A stretch of DNA of 64,000 nucleotides, from the NCBI GenBank assembly GCA_964036045.1, contig OZ038378.1, positions 31,930,001 through 31,994,000 of the forward strand. Direction: 5' to 3'. Position numbers and translations under genes: made by a program. The notes under the pieces were generated by a model. That model worked only from the letters and a program-made list of their open reading frames with translations. It did not search any database and had not been told where the DNA came from. Shown here piece after piece: positions 24,016 through 37,027 of this stretch. The number at the start of each line of letters is the position of its first letter. Position 1 is the stretch's first letter. The DNA is from Eutreptiella sp. 'Long Island Sound 2002'. Lineage: Eukaryota > Protista > Euglenida.

Positions 24016-27000
24016 GTGCCCCCCCCCCCCCCCCATGCAATGCAGTGTCCATCAGGGGCCGGGGACAGGAACATGAATATGCATGCCCAGAGTATGCCAA
24101 GTGACATGTGTGTGGCAGCCTTGGCGCTGCTACCTCATATTTGCAGTAACCAGCAAGACATCACGTCAGTTGGTGTGACACAGCCATCGTCAGAAATTGT
24201 TGAGGCGGTAGCACGGCCGTTGCAAAAACGCAAGGCGCGAGTAGCACGCATTTGCAAGTGCGCGTGGAGGCACAACAGATGCAACTTAGAGCACAACATG
24301 CAAAGGAGTGGGATGAGCGGCATGCAGAGCACGGTGTGTCACAAATGTCCGTGGCACGGTCGGTGGAGCAAGACAGGGTGCGGTCCATTGCATTGGTTGC
24401 AGCAGGGAAGGAAGTGTTTTGCATGTTGATGCAGGCGGCTCCTAGGCAACCTGACATTGGTCCAAAGACCCTTCAAGTGTTTGTAGATGGTCATTGGCGG
24501 TTTCGGTTTACAACATGTGGTGGTGTTGAGTGCATGGGCTAATGTGTGTGGCAAGCCTGGGGTGGCACGTCCCTCTAGGGCCAATAGTGCCCTAGTAGAG
24601 GGAACATGTGGCCAAGGGATGCGCATGAAGACCTCTAGCCAGAACACATGGCAGAGGGAGGTGTTGGAAAGCTACTTAGGGTTGTCGCATTATACAGCAT
24701 CACCACGCAAGAATCTGCAGAGGCCAGGGCACCACCACCGATTGGCCGAAGAGAGTTTTAGGTAGGATTGTGCTGAATGATATCATGCATTGTGCCCCAC
24801 TGCTGCCAAAGTTGAAGTGGTAGGAAGGAACATTGTGTTCATGAGGGGGGAGAGGCCATGGACATTGGTGTGCCAGTGACTGATGCTAAGGCAGCCATTT
24901 TGTCGCGGTTGGTTGAGGTTTGTATTGGGTCGCGGATATGCATGTCCATCCGTGCCATAAGTGAGCGGATTCTTCTTCATTGCTCATTGCCATCTGCCCC
25001 GGGGCACCATGGTTCGTGGCGGTGGATAGTTGAGAAGGCTATTGCAGCAATGCATGATGCCATGCAAGATGATGTAGCAAACATCCTATATATGACACCC
25101 TTCATTGCACTGTTGCTTGACGGCTCGGACAAGCAAAGGCATCGCATCAATAAGTATGCCATTATGCTTGTTTTCCCTGGGACTGGCCCGGGTGGCATGT
25201 GTGAACTGTTCCTTGGTATGGGGGATGTGGCGTGTGGTGATGCACAGGAGCTTACAAAGCACCTAGAACCTTTCCTACTGACCTGGATTGGAGACCGCGA
25301 TTGGTGGGCGAAGAGGGTTGTGACTTTTACAGTGGACGGGGCTTCCAACGTTGGGGTGCGGGGTGCTAGTGCATGCCAAGTTGTTGATCTCTCCACCATT
25401 AAGAAACAATGTGTTTGCCCTGATGGGGACATGGTTGGTCGTGATGACCCCCATGGGTGAGCCGTGCCATTTGTTGCAACGGAAGCTGGTCATGCATTGC
25501 AGGCTGCTTGCCCTACCCATGTTGATTGTATGGCAGTTGTGGATCGCCAACGGGCCCTGTACAATGGAGCATGGCAATGGAAGGAGTTGCAAAACTGTGT
25601 GCAACTTGATAAACGCAGTGGTCTGCAACTCATCCCCAATGGTCACCGCATTAGGTGGTCGCAGGCAAATGCACGTCGTAACACTGCTTTCTTGGCCAAT
25701 GTCCCCCGGGTGGCACGGCATTGGGATGTGAAGGTGCAACATTCCACTAAAGAGGAGGATGTGTGGGAGGACTGCCATGATGCCACTTTACTTGCATGGG
25801 GGGTGGTTTGTGGGGACATCTTACATAGCATGCGGTTTTTTAACAATGGGGCACAACTGCATGCGCCCACTGGTGCACATTTAGCCACCGTCACAGATAT
25901 GCTACAGGCACGGTTACAGAAGGTGGCCCGAGAGGAGGGTCCAGGCTGGTTACAGTTCAAGGAGCAAACTATAATAGGTGTGTGGCATGGTGTGCAGTTG
26001 GTCCAATTTGATTCAAGTGGACAAAAGTGTGCATCATCCCCCCCTGTTCCAAGCGATGAGGCACGTGCAGCAACTGATGTGTTTCTTGCTGGCATCAGGG
26101 AGGGCCAGGCAACAATTGACCCAACGGGGATGCTGGAGTGTGTAGTGTTGTTGGACCGTGGCTGTTTGCTGGCTCAGTCCATCAGTGAACATGCCACATA
26201 TGGTGTACAAAAGTTGCAGCATTTCATGGCGTCACACCAAGATGAGTTGAGTGCGGCACATGTGAACTGCGACCGTGTCTTGGCAGAGTGGGTGGGCCTT
26301 AAGGAGCACATGGTAAAGCACTTTGCAAACGTGCTAATGTCCAAGATGTGGGAGGCCTTGGCTCTTGAAAAATCGCATGCACAGTGGGTCAATGTTTGTC
26401 ACGTCCTTGCGTCGTTGTGAACATATTTTCCTGCTGAAGCTGCTGTAGCACGTGCCATCTCGTTACGTGGGAGGTGCAGTAGTACTATGCAGGGCATTGT
26501 GGAGACACATGTCCTTAGCATGTGCATGGCATTGCATTCCAACTTTCCCCCTTTGCAACAATGTGCAAAGGGACAAGGCGTCGCAGTGGCATGCCACCTG
26601 GCTGCCTGTGCATGTTTTGATGTGTGCCCAAGGCAAAGGGTTTCACGGTAGCTAAATGCACGAGAATCATTGGATGCTATGATGCTTCAATGTGTACAAG
26701 GCACTGAAGCAGTTGCTGATGATTGTGACATCCTGCTTTTCTTTGGAGGGCCAGGTACACCACTAGCCTCAACCGCACCATCTAGAAAGGGTACAGAACG
26801 GCACAAGGTGGATGTGGTCACAGTTGTTGCACTAGATGGTACCCCTGACACACACACTGGCAATCATGACTTCATCACTTTTCGAAGAGGTATGCAGTGT
26901 ACCACATGCAAGCGGGTGGTTTGCATCTGGTGCAACACATGTTTGGTTTGTCATGCACGCTTTTCTGCAGATCCACACCCTTCTACAGAGGTGTTGGTGA

Positions 27001-27400
27001 ATGTTGCCGATGATGTCTGCTAGGATGGTGAAAACAACAACGCAAACGACTTGGCAATACCACGTAAGCCAAAAAAGGGGCGTGGTGTCACCAGGATGCA
27101 GGCAAAGTTAGTAATGGCAGCACAAAGTGGCAAGCTGCGCAATTGGACAAGGGCCGCATTGTCCCATTGACTCGATGTGCTTGGTGTGAAACTACCAAGT
27201 GGTAGCAACCATGGACAAGCAAGGGGCATTGCTATGTAGCACACATTGCCTTTGTTGGCACAGAGGGATGCCTTTGTGCCCGATACCGACCGTGTGACAC
27301 GTTCTGCAATACCCCCAAGTAGCTCCCAACCCTGCTGTGGATGGCATGGATGGACTCATCGATTAATGAGATGGTGGTGCCCACATGTGTGCATGTGCCT
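24016..27400 (+). mobile_element. Degenerate hAT-superfamily transposase, ZNF862/KIAA0543-like, with C-terminal extension
   Basis: Motifs in order: TTF-like Zn finger remnant (24480-24700), FIALLLDGSD (first catalytic D), TFTVDGASNVG (second D), GHALQ, RIRWS, EWVGLK, and dimerisation-like YFPAEAAVARAISL..LSMCMALHSNFPPL. ORFs 24858, 25464 and 26670 share one frame, separated by TGA or TAG. Confidence 0.85.
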
Positions 27401-28469
27401 GTTTGCTCCGTTTTGCCATTGCACCTTATTTTTTCGGGCCTTGTTTTCCAAGGTGTTCCCATTAATTTCTGGTGGTTACTCAATTTTCCCATTTTCCGTG
27501 CTCCCACATTTTCCCCATTTCCCTCTTTTGGTTTTTAATGTTACACAAGTTTTTTTTTGGGGGTTTTGTAATTACTATTTTTCTTGTTTTCCAAGGTGGT
27601 TCCCCAATAATCGATGGTTTTTCAATTGTCCAAGTTTCCAAGACCTCCCATTTTTCCCTCTACTTTTGTTTTTTCGATAGGAAGGCGGGGGGCAGATTTA
27701 TAGATTTAGGTGCAGTTTCTCCCAAACGCCCCATCCCCAACAACTTCCTCCAAGCATCAGACCCACACCTAACATCAGACATCACCTGACATCAAACATC
27801 CTGTTGGATACACTGCACACACAACATGCTACATCAGACATGAGACATCACACTTTATGCACAATCTTGATGTCGTCCCCGGGTGTCCTTTAGGGGTCTT
27901 TAGGGGTTGGTAGTGCGTAGCTGACAAGTTAGCAAAAGGGGAATGGCACATGTCGTAGAGATGCATGCCTTGGATGAGGGGTTGAAGGGGGTACAAAAGA
28001 TGGGGGAGTGAAGCACCAAAGTCACAAGTGACAAAGAAAGGAGTGACAATTGTTTACAAGTGAACCATTGCATTATGGATTGTTTGTTGTGCCGATTGTT
28101 GTGTGCTACGCAAAAATGGGAAGTCCACCGGGAAGTGCAATTAGCAAGGGGTTCCCGATTAGGATACATGGTCTACATCCCAACTCAGCAACCCCTTTCT
28201 CGTCTGCATGTACTCGTGGGAAGTGTCCCATACCTCCCGGGACCAAAAATTGCAAATAGTCGCAAATGCACCACTTCGGGTGAGACACATGTTTTCCCAA
28301 CGAATCATGATCCCATCTATGCAAAAACACTTAGATTTGGGTTCCTAGCCCCGCCCTTGATCCATGGGCTCAAATGGAATCTTTTCTTGGCAGGGGGGGG
28401 GGGGGGGGGCTCCTGTACCCCTTTCCTGGGGACACCACACAGCCTGTACTAGAGGCAAGCTCAAGATAA

Positions 28470-30200
28470 ACCATTGGTACCGAGGAGGAGTTGACGGCCA
28501 TACAGAATGGATTCGAGTATGATATAAGTAAGTACATTATAGCAAGTGGAGTTGATGCATCCGTCAACGACATTGCTTTGACGGCGCTGAAAAACATTCC
28601 CTGCCACCAAGCCTCAACGTCTCCACGCTTGCGCACCCCCGCACTAGGGCTGCACCTCTCTAGTGCGCCTTGTCACCTGCACACCACTTCATCTCGGCGC
28701 CTGTTGCCTTGGCACTTCCCGCCAGCCCCACGACATGATTCCTTCACCCCACCCCCTAGTAAAATCTTTCACGGCGTCGGCGCTATAAAAAACCACTTTG
28801 TCTACCATTGTCTACCGTCCACCGTTGCAACCGATTTCCTAGGCAACAAACCAATGCGTATTGGTGGACATCATATTCCAAACTCGTGCAAGGTGGAACG
28901 AAACTACCTTTTGGATACCAAAGTACCTCGTCATCGGATATGTCGCCATCTACAAACCATGCCTGCTACTATGTTTGCTTCCGATGCCTCCTCCACATAT
29001 TGAAGGAGGCGGCAAGAAGGCATCAACACCAGCAACACAGGATATCGGAATGTTGACGTTGTGAATTTCCTCCTTCGGAGGCTTAGGAGGCAAAATGTAA
29101 CCGGACATGGCATACACCTCCGAATAGGCACCTTATCTGCAATTGTGACTGCCTTTGGTGTGAGGTTGATGGATATTGGCGGTTTGGACGACCAGAAGAC
29201 GCTATTCTTGCACATCAATATGGAAAACTTTGCCAACCTTTTGTGGCAAACATCCTCGTCTGAGTGCCCTCGCCTACACACTACCCACCTCCATTTCGAC
29301 GACGGATGCCATCAAACGCTTCACTGGCAATGGGTATATTGTCAATGCAGCGTCCTCTAACAACACCTTCTACAAGGTGGTTTGGTCCATAAACGACTGG
29401 TTTGAGGCTCCCTTTCAGCCAATCAAAGTGGCTACGTTCTGGGACTACTACACTGGACTAGCCACTTATGATGTCCAAGCCCTGGTCCAATGGCTTTCAA
29501 AGGAGCCACTGAGTGTTACTATGAACAAGCTAGCAAAGCATCTGAAGTTTTTGAAGACTATGTGTAACATTATTTGGAACGTGTGTCATCCTAAGAACAC
29601 AATTGTATCGCAAGAGAACAATATGTTCCCTACGTTTCGTTACGTTGTTCTTAAGCTAGGACTACTAGACACATACGTCCACGACCGCTTTTTTCATCAG
29701 TGCCTTTTACGGCGCCGGCCCCGGAAAGGTCCGTGGCACTTTTGCCACCTATTATCTCAGAAAATTTAGAAATTTTTACCAGATTGGCATCTTTAATGGG
29801 TGGCAAGCATAGTGAAATGTGGTTGGTGAAAAAAGGCCTCGGCGGTCGTGCGTATGCGGAGCTGCAGACAGGCCGTGCAGGTTGGCTTGAATGTACGGCT
29901 CCCCTCAAGAGCCCCATTTAGACAAATGAGTCCTATGCAGCACTACAATCAAGGCTTGCAAAATCCTTCAGGTGAAGCAGCCGTAAAAACGTCAAGTACA
30001 GCCACTACTGGTAATGTGGTGCGGGTGGAGATGGAGTTCTAAAAATGGCAGACCTTGGTAGTTGTAGGACCCACTTATGGCTGTAGTGGTGGCGTGTAGC
30101 ACACGGTGCCTGTACGTTGAGCATTAAAGGATGATGTTCCGAATTCGTTGGACATCCTCCACATAGCCACCGAGTACTCCCCAACCTAGACCGGAAAATA
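28470..30200 (+). pseudogene. Unassigned protein family X, copy 2
   Basis: LPWHFPPAPRHDSFTPPPSKIFHGVGAIK..HCLPSTVATDFLG..NFLLRR..SAIVTAFGVRLMDIGGLDDQKTLF. ORFs 28491 and 29061 share a frame across one TGA, then shift to 29176 and 29700. Confidence 0.6.
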
Positions 30201-30299
30201 GAGGAGGGTCGCCTAGGCTGCGTGCTGGGTGCAAAGCTGCGTGACACAGCCTGGGCACCGCCTGCGGCAATGTACTAACGGTGTCAGGTGTAAGTTCCT

Positions 30300-30880
30300 T
30301 CGGCGTGAAACACCACGGGGCGTCGAATTTTCACGGGGCCGCCAAATTTTTTTGGGATACCGGCGGGCGCCCTCTGCCTTCTAGCTCTAGTTGAGTCACC
30401 CATAGTTGAGCTGCCCTCTGGAGAGTAGCCTTGGGGGGTAGCTTGAGGCTCAAGAGGGGGTTTAGGGTCCCCCCTCCCCCCTTCACGTGTATGTGCTGAA
30501 ACACCACAGGGGCGTCGAGTTTTTCACACGGTCGCCGGCAATTTTTGGGATACCGGCGGGCACCCTCTCCCTCCTAGCTTTGGTTCCGTGGTTGCATCAC
30601 CCATAATTGAGTTAGTAGCCCGTGGGGGTAGCTTGGGGCTCAAGGGGGTCCAGGGTGCCCCCCCCCCTTTAGGTGTACGTGCCGAAACACCACGGGGGCG
30701 TCGAGTTTTTCACACGGCCGCCGGCAGTTTTTGGGATACCGGCGGGCGCCCCACAGCCTCCCCTCCCTCCTAGCTCTAGTTGAGTCACCCATAGTTGAGT
30801 TGCCCTCTGGGAAGTAGCCTGTGGGGGTAACTTGTGGCTCAGGAGGGTAGTTCAGGGTGCCTCCCCTTTAGGAGTGAGTG
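30300..30880. repeat. ~190-bp tandem repeat, 3 copies
   Basis: GAAACACCAC(A)GGGGCGTCGA..TTTTTGGGATACCGGCGGGC starts at 30307, 30498 and 30684. Confidence 0.92.
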
Positions 30881-31094
30881 CACAAGCCACCGGCCCTCGC
30901 CGATGTAGGGCGGTCTGCCTCCCCCATGGACGGGGGAGACGGCACAGGGAACCGGGTCCCTGTAGGTACTCCGCAGGTGGTCCTCCTATCCCTGCGCGCT
31001 CGCCCTCCCTCTGGTTCTCGTCTCTTGCCTCATGATCATGATCACGATCCATTGGGCTTCATGGGTCAACTATCGGTGAGAGTCGCCGGCAGTC

Positions 31095-31790
31095 ATGCCT
31101 GGCGGCCTGTGCCCCTGGGATGGCCCCCCTAAAGATAGCCCGGGACTTCCACCCAAGACTCTGTGGTGTGTCCGCCACAGAGTCTGAAGTCTTTTGATAC
31201 GGACGCCTGATTTGGCCCATGAACCGACCTTTCTGTGCAAGGGGCAGGTGTTGGACAGCCAGAATGTTGGCCAACTCTCTGTAGAGGATAGGGCAGCGCA
31301 GCGTAAGTAGGTCAGCGAACTGGTCGCCAAGCACAAGAAGGAGGCGAAGGAGCAGGCAAAACAGGAGAAGGCTTAGGCCAAGGAAGAGGTGGAAACCGCC
31401 CTTCAGACCCGCAAGCAGCCGAAAGCTGCTTAGAGCAAGGGAACATCCCTTGAGACGGACAGTGGGGCTGCGGTCCCGCAGGCCAACACAAGTATCGTGG
31501 GCAACACTGCCCAGATCCTTGCAACGGCAAAGGCAGTGGCAGCCAAGCAGGATGCAGCTAACCTTGTCACTGCGAAGGTAGGTACCTGTGTCAAGGTAGG
31601 GACGTCGGCGGGGAGTGCCACTGCCTCCCCTAGCAGCAAAAAGCGTCCTACAACTAGGGGGGCGCCTCGTCTTCGGGCCAAAAAGCCGAGACCGGCCGCC
31701 ACTGTTGACCCCCCGGCTGCGGATGACAACGAGGATGTTCTGGGCGCCACCAAGTTGGAGGTCGTGTTCAATGAGGTTGGTTTGCCCTAG
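31095..31790 (+). pseudogene. Lys/Ala/Glu-rich ORF (~230 codons) with 1 TGA and 3 TAG in frame
   Basis: MPGGLCPWDGPP..RV*SLL..AAQRK*VSELVAKHKKEAKEQAKQEKA*AKEE..PKAA*SKG..FNEVGLP* read in a single frame. Confidence 0.6.
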
Positions 31791-32356
31791 TGTACTTAGC
31801 TTTACAATTTGGCGTGTCCGTACTTATTTCATACTCCTTGAGTATTGCTTGTGGGTCATTTTTACACTTCGGACGGGGGTGTTAAGACAGTATGGGCATG
31901 TGGGGCAAACATTCATCATTGTTTTGCTTTGAATTGCACTGCTCTGTGTGTCATTTTATTCATTGCGTTGTCTCACTTCTCATGGTGCTTCGGCCGAAAA
32001 AACTTACTGGCAGTGGCAGTGTAAACGGTGAAGGTGGCTGGCTAAAAGTTGAAGTCGTTTTTGAAATGTTCAAAAATTGTTTCACATCAGTCATTGCACA
32101 AAAGGGTACGTAGGTTCTATTGGTAATTACATGGTAAACGTTTCGGACAGTTTGAAAAGGGGTGAAAAAATGTATTCTCCGGTAAGAACAGATCAGGTAC
32201 CTGTTTCACCATGAGGACACCATCCACTGCATTGTGCACAAGATGTCATAGCCAGGTGAATGGTGTATACACTCGCGTAAAGTCAGGGATTTTTACAACA
32301 ACAGCTTTTCAGGTTCTGTTCCACCCCTCGTTTACATGGTTTGCTGACATGGTGTT

Positions 32357-33475
32357 TTGACACAGGTTGGGGCAGTTTTCTTTTTCAGTGTCTTTTTTTA
32401 CAGCGCCAGCACCGGAAAAATGCACTTGGTGGGTGGTTTGCCATTACCCCCAGATTTCCACGTTGTGCACGCAATTGTGGACTTTTTTTTTTATCATTTC
32501 TGGCGCCCCTGTTTGAGGGGGACTCTTGGGAAGTATGTGAATAGTCAGGTCCAAGAGCCTGAGATATGGCCCACGCTTAATTTGAGGTGGTTGGGGGCCA
32601 AATTGCGCTTATTGTGCGCTTCTTATGCGCGAATGGGGTTGCAAAGTGATGGGATGCACAGACAAGCATTTTTAGCCCGTTTTCAGCATATGCTAACCCA
32701 TGTTGCTCCTAGAAAAGTCCCAAGAAGCCATCACAAAGAGAGGACCCATTTGGAAAGAGAAGAGCGGGAGCGTCCTGGAGAGGGGTGTAGATTGGAGGAT
32801 ATACCCCTACTTACTACACCCCTTTCTCATTATATCTCGCTAGTAACAGCCACAGCAACAAGCATGTCTCTTTTCTAATTGGGCCATTACTCTGGTCCAC
32901 GTGTTGGGCTCTACTTTACTCTGGCCATCTTTTGCATTGACGTGTGGCTTTCCCAAATCCAGAGTTTGAGTGCCCAACTTACCAGTGGCGGTCTGGGGCG
33001 TGGGTGCCAAGTTGGGAGGTGCCCTCCCGAAGCTGTGCAATTTTGGGTCAAAACCGGCCATGTTTTGCCCAAAACAGCCCCAAACCCCATTCTGAATGGC
33101 CAAACGAAGGAAACAGATGACGTTTGCCGTGGTCATATTTGTCCGACACAGTTGTCAGGGATGCCATCATGCTCCCCCTCCCCATCCTGTTTGCTTTCCC
33201 CTTGCCAAAACACGCAGATTCTGGGACATTCGGGCCATTTTCAGGGTTTTCTCGGACATATTATGGAGGCCAGCAAACGTCTCTTTGGCACAAGGAATAT
33301 TTGGCACTGTTGTGGATTGGGTGATTGGTTGAAAGAGGGGAAGGCCCACAGCTGCACTATGCCTTGCTCAAACATCCCTTTGGGGTGGCAATCTCCTTCC
33401 AGAGCTTCGCAGCTGGGCCCTTGCATGGTTGTACCCCAAGAGGGCCAAAAAAAGCGAATAATTCACGCTAACTGA
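32357..33475 (+). pseudogene. Degenerate ORF with a possible SAP-like DNA-binding motif
   Basis: ORFs 32357 and 32879 share a frame across one TAA. KLRLLCASYARMGLQSDGMHRQAFLARF resembles the SAP pattern L..L...GL...G.K..L..RL. Confidence 0.35.
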
Positions 33476-34289
33476 GCCCACTCTTTGATTGGTCCATTTG
33501 GGTGATTCTGGCAATAGAATTCTCAGGGGGCAGCAAAAGGCGCAGCAGCACTGAGGGCGTGAGGGGGGGGGGGTTGGATTTGGATGTAGTGGCCTGTAAA
33601 CAGCCCCAAACCAAGAGTGGGCTGTATCTCAGGCTATGTGGCTAAAAAACCAATTGCAATGGCGCCTACTGCACCAGCAACCCCAACTTGTCCAACAATA
33701 TTGCCGCCTGGGCTTCAGGGGCTTCTTGTGTCATCAGTGGGGGTGGGGCGGTGGGGGGGGGGGGGCAGGCTATTGCTTGAGGAGAAAAAAAAACCGTTTT
33801 TCAAAAATAAATTCTTGCTACGGCGAACCGCGTACACACGCCCTCGCATTGCACCTCAGGTTGGGTGGATCAGAGGCCAAAAATAGGTGTACCTAAAATG
33901 GGCCTCAAATTTCCGGCCCCTGACATTTTTTGCCTGAGGAAAAATCTTCTGATGTGGGTGGGTGGGTGGACGGGCCGGCCAGGGCTGGCTAGGGTCCCAA
34001 ACAACCCCCCCCCCCCCCCTGGGGGGTTTTAAGCAATAGACCGAGGGGCACATTCCAAGACATTGCTGGTCATCGCGTAACGGGTGGGGGGGGGATTGAA
34101 CCCACGTGCACAAACACATGCATGAGGAAATCCTTCCAACTGGTGTGCCAAATGCAACCCCCCCCCCCGTCAGCTGCAGCCAGTACCTTAAGGTAGGATG
34201 GTTTGGTGGCCCAGGAATGCTTCGTGACAGGCCTGTTGGTGTGTAGTACTGCTGGATGAAGGCATGGCTTCAGATGCGGCAAGCTCCCA

Positions 34290-35230
34290 TTGCATGTACT
34301 CCAGGTGCAGTGCAATGCCATGGAGGCCCGCAATGAGGAGCATGTGGCTCTGTACAAGCGCGAGATGACATGGATAACGCCGCGCTGCTACGCCCGCACA
34401 GCGGTCAAGCCCAGCTCGCCGCTGTTCACACAAACCTTTGTGGTCGACCCCAATCCGGCATACACCGACGGACAGCCTACAAAACGCGGCAACGTCAGTT
34501 ACATCGTCCCAGAAGAATACATCCGTGAGCACTTCGATGCAGAGCATCCGGTCGTCCAAAGGGCGTTGCAGTTCCGGAACCGCGTGGCCGTGCAGCACAT
34601 TTTGAACGCTTCTATGAAGGTGGCCCCCAGGACCTTCGTCGAGGACCACCGGGTGTGCAGTCCGACAGGCCCCGATGTGAAGCGCTGCTTCAATACCGAG
34701 TGCCCCGAAGGCGTGAAGAATACATGTGCAGCATCACGGTCACTGACGAGGCCTTGAGTGGAGAGATCGTGGTGTGTGTGCAGGCAGTGAAGGGGCAAGG
34801 CGCGGAATGAGTGCTCTGTATTGTGCTTTCCGGTGCTGTCTGCTGCTGCCGGTGGAAGACAGCTCTCAGCGGTTGCTGCTGAACGAATGCCATTGACGTT
34901 CCCTAGACGGCGCGAGGCAGCCCGGCAACTTCCCCCAACTGGCAGCGCTAGCCCATTGTCGCCCATCGCCTTGTCGCTTATTCGTGAGTGGTGTTTGATT
35001 TGGCACCCCAGAGCAACAGGGTGGCAGAGAACAGCGCTGGTTGGGACGCTCCCAGAGGGTTGCGTAACAAACCAGCAGTATTGTCTGCCCTTGTGTAAGG
35101 ACCCTTATGAGCCTCCAATATGTTTGATGCGTACGGAGAACAGCACAACCCCTTGTGGGATCACAGACAAGCACACATCAGCACTAGATGCCGCCAATAC
35201 GTCAAGCATTGGTTCTAGCCATGCATGTTG
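34290..35230 (+). pseudogene. Unassigned protein family Y, copy 2 (better preserved)
   Basis: QTFVVDPNP..PTKRGNV..IREHFDAEHPVV..TFVEDH, with GC-ending codons and retained CpG. ORFs 34290 and 34821 share a frame. Confidence 0.6.
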
Positions 35231-35569
35231 TAATCCGTGTAATTTTTTTTCGCGGTAAATGCGGGTACCAAAAAAATTGTCACATTGTGCAACTTTTTTT
35301 TGCCGTAAGTCGTGTAAACCCGTTACACGCATTACCGCAAAAAAAAAACTACCCCACTTGACATTTTTTTCGTACACGCGTTTACCACAAAAAAAAATAC
35401 ACGATGTGACATTTTTTTTACACAAGTTTACCGCAAAAAAAGAATTCCACGACGTGGCGATTTTTTTACACACATTTACCGCACAAAAAAATACATGACC
35501 TCAGTGCAAAGAAAAAAATGACCGATGCTACTGAAAATGCATGCATGTAGGCGATGTGCTCCGCGGGCC

Positions 35570-35900
35570 AGTTCTGATTTTGTCCCCCGCTCTGTGTTGG
35601 GGACCCCCGAGCTTATGTAGCCACCCGGCCCACTTGTGGGCCTCCTCTAGATCCTATCGCCGCTGTGAAGCATTGGGGACCCCCCAAGCGGCATGGGTTA
35701 CGTATCCACCCGGCCCATTTGTGGGCCAGTGCTGATTTGGTCCCCCGCTCCGAAGCGTTGGGGACTCCTCAAGCGGCAAGGGTTATGTAGCCACCCGGCC
35801 TGCTTGTGGGAAACTGCTGATTTTGTCCCCCACTTTGAAGCGTTGGGGACGCCCCAGGCGTCACATGTTATGTATCCAACTGGCCCAGTTGCCGGAATTC
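35570..35900. repeat. ~85-bp tandem repeat, about 4 copies, related to 8165-8600
   Basis: TGATTTTGTCCCCC..TTGGGGAC..GGGTTATGTAGCCACCCGGCCCACTTGTGGG. Confidence 0.8.
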
Positions 35901-36174
35901 CTGCAGCCACCCCTTCTAAGCCGCATGCAAATATTCTAAAAGTCGTCACGTACCATCGCAGGTCCACATTTGTAGATTCTTGCAAGTGCCATCGCCAAAG
36001 ATTGCCAAGACTCGCCCGTTTGCCTTTTCTAGGCATGCCCCTCAACCCGAGCCATGGATGTGGCAGGAGAGCCAAGCGGTGCATATGGCACATGCCTTTT
36101 TCAATGATTGTCATGCCTTGTTTTTTTACCAATGGGATTCCTACAAAAAAAAGGAGGCTTGAACGGACAACCCA

Positions 36175-37027
36175 TGAAGGTGTATCGGGCCGTGGATGGT
36201 GCTGCAGTGGCCGAGTGGAAAGCCACGGTGTGCAAGATTGAGGAAGACACCTCAATTACATGGAAGGAATTTGTAGCCTTTCTCCGCATCTGCCGTGTGG
36301 CAGCGGTGGATGGTTGTAATTGTGCTAACTAATGCCCGTCCGTGAGGTGTGAGGGTGTATTGCTGCGGCTTCTCGTAAGGGAACCGAAAGTTAAGGTACC
36401 CTCTTAGTACTCTTGGGAGATGGTCGCCCAGCGCCTTTTTAAGTTGGGTTGTATTGAGCGCAAGGTGACTGCACGTGCCGAGCTATCAAGAAAGGTTCGT
36501 ACCCATCAACAAAAAGGCACTTGCAAAAATCCACAAGAAGGTGGTGGCCGGTAGTGATGCGGATAGCGAGGCTAATGTCCCCACGCTTGCCCAGATGGCA
36601 CCCAAGGATGGTGGGTGTGAGTCTATTGCTGTTGCTGCACCCATGGAGGTGCATCCGAGGAATTGGCATTGCCTAAATCTCTTTCGGCCACCTTATGTGT
36701 GTGGCCAATGTCACAAGACCGTGTACCTATGGTGCATGCATGCATTGTGAGGGGTGTGGCTTTTGCTTGCACACTTTAGAGTGTCTAGTTCATGGAATGG
36801 CCCACCCTAACACGGACAAGTGGCTCTTTGAAAAGTGGCCTCAGGCGGCAGATGTTGAGGAGGTTTTGACCGCCACCCTCCCCAACAAACCTGTGTCCGG
36901 TGACGAGCAGTTGGGCGTCCTTTCTAATCCTCCTTTGGCCTCTCCCCTGGTAAGGAGGTTAAGAAAAAAGAACTATGGACTCGACACCCCATCAGGCTGG
37001 TCACTATGGATTGCCATACAGAACTAG
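36175..37027 (+). pseudogene. Degenerate gene with a C1/DC1-like Cys-His zinc finger
   Basis: HCLNLFRPPYVCGQCHKTVYLWCM/HCEGCGFCLH across a frameshift near 36735. The spacing resembles the finger at 26860-26980. Confidence 0.5.

Noticed and set aside
28840-28880. Tyrosine recombinase (MRIGGH)
   Set aside because: No ordered R..K..HxxR..H/W..Y catalytic set around it.
29340-29769. NCLDV late transcription factor VLTF3
   Set aside because: YK....NDW and F..FRYVVLKL resemble VLTF3 loosely, but spacing is short, the protein continues well beyond, and no other viral hallmark gene is present. Kept only as family X.
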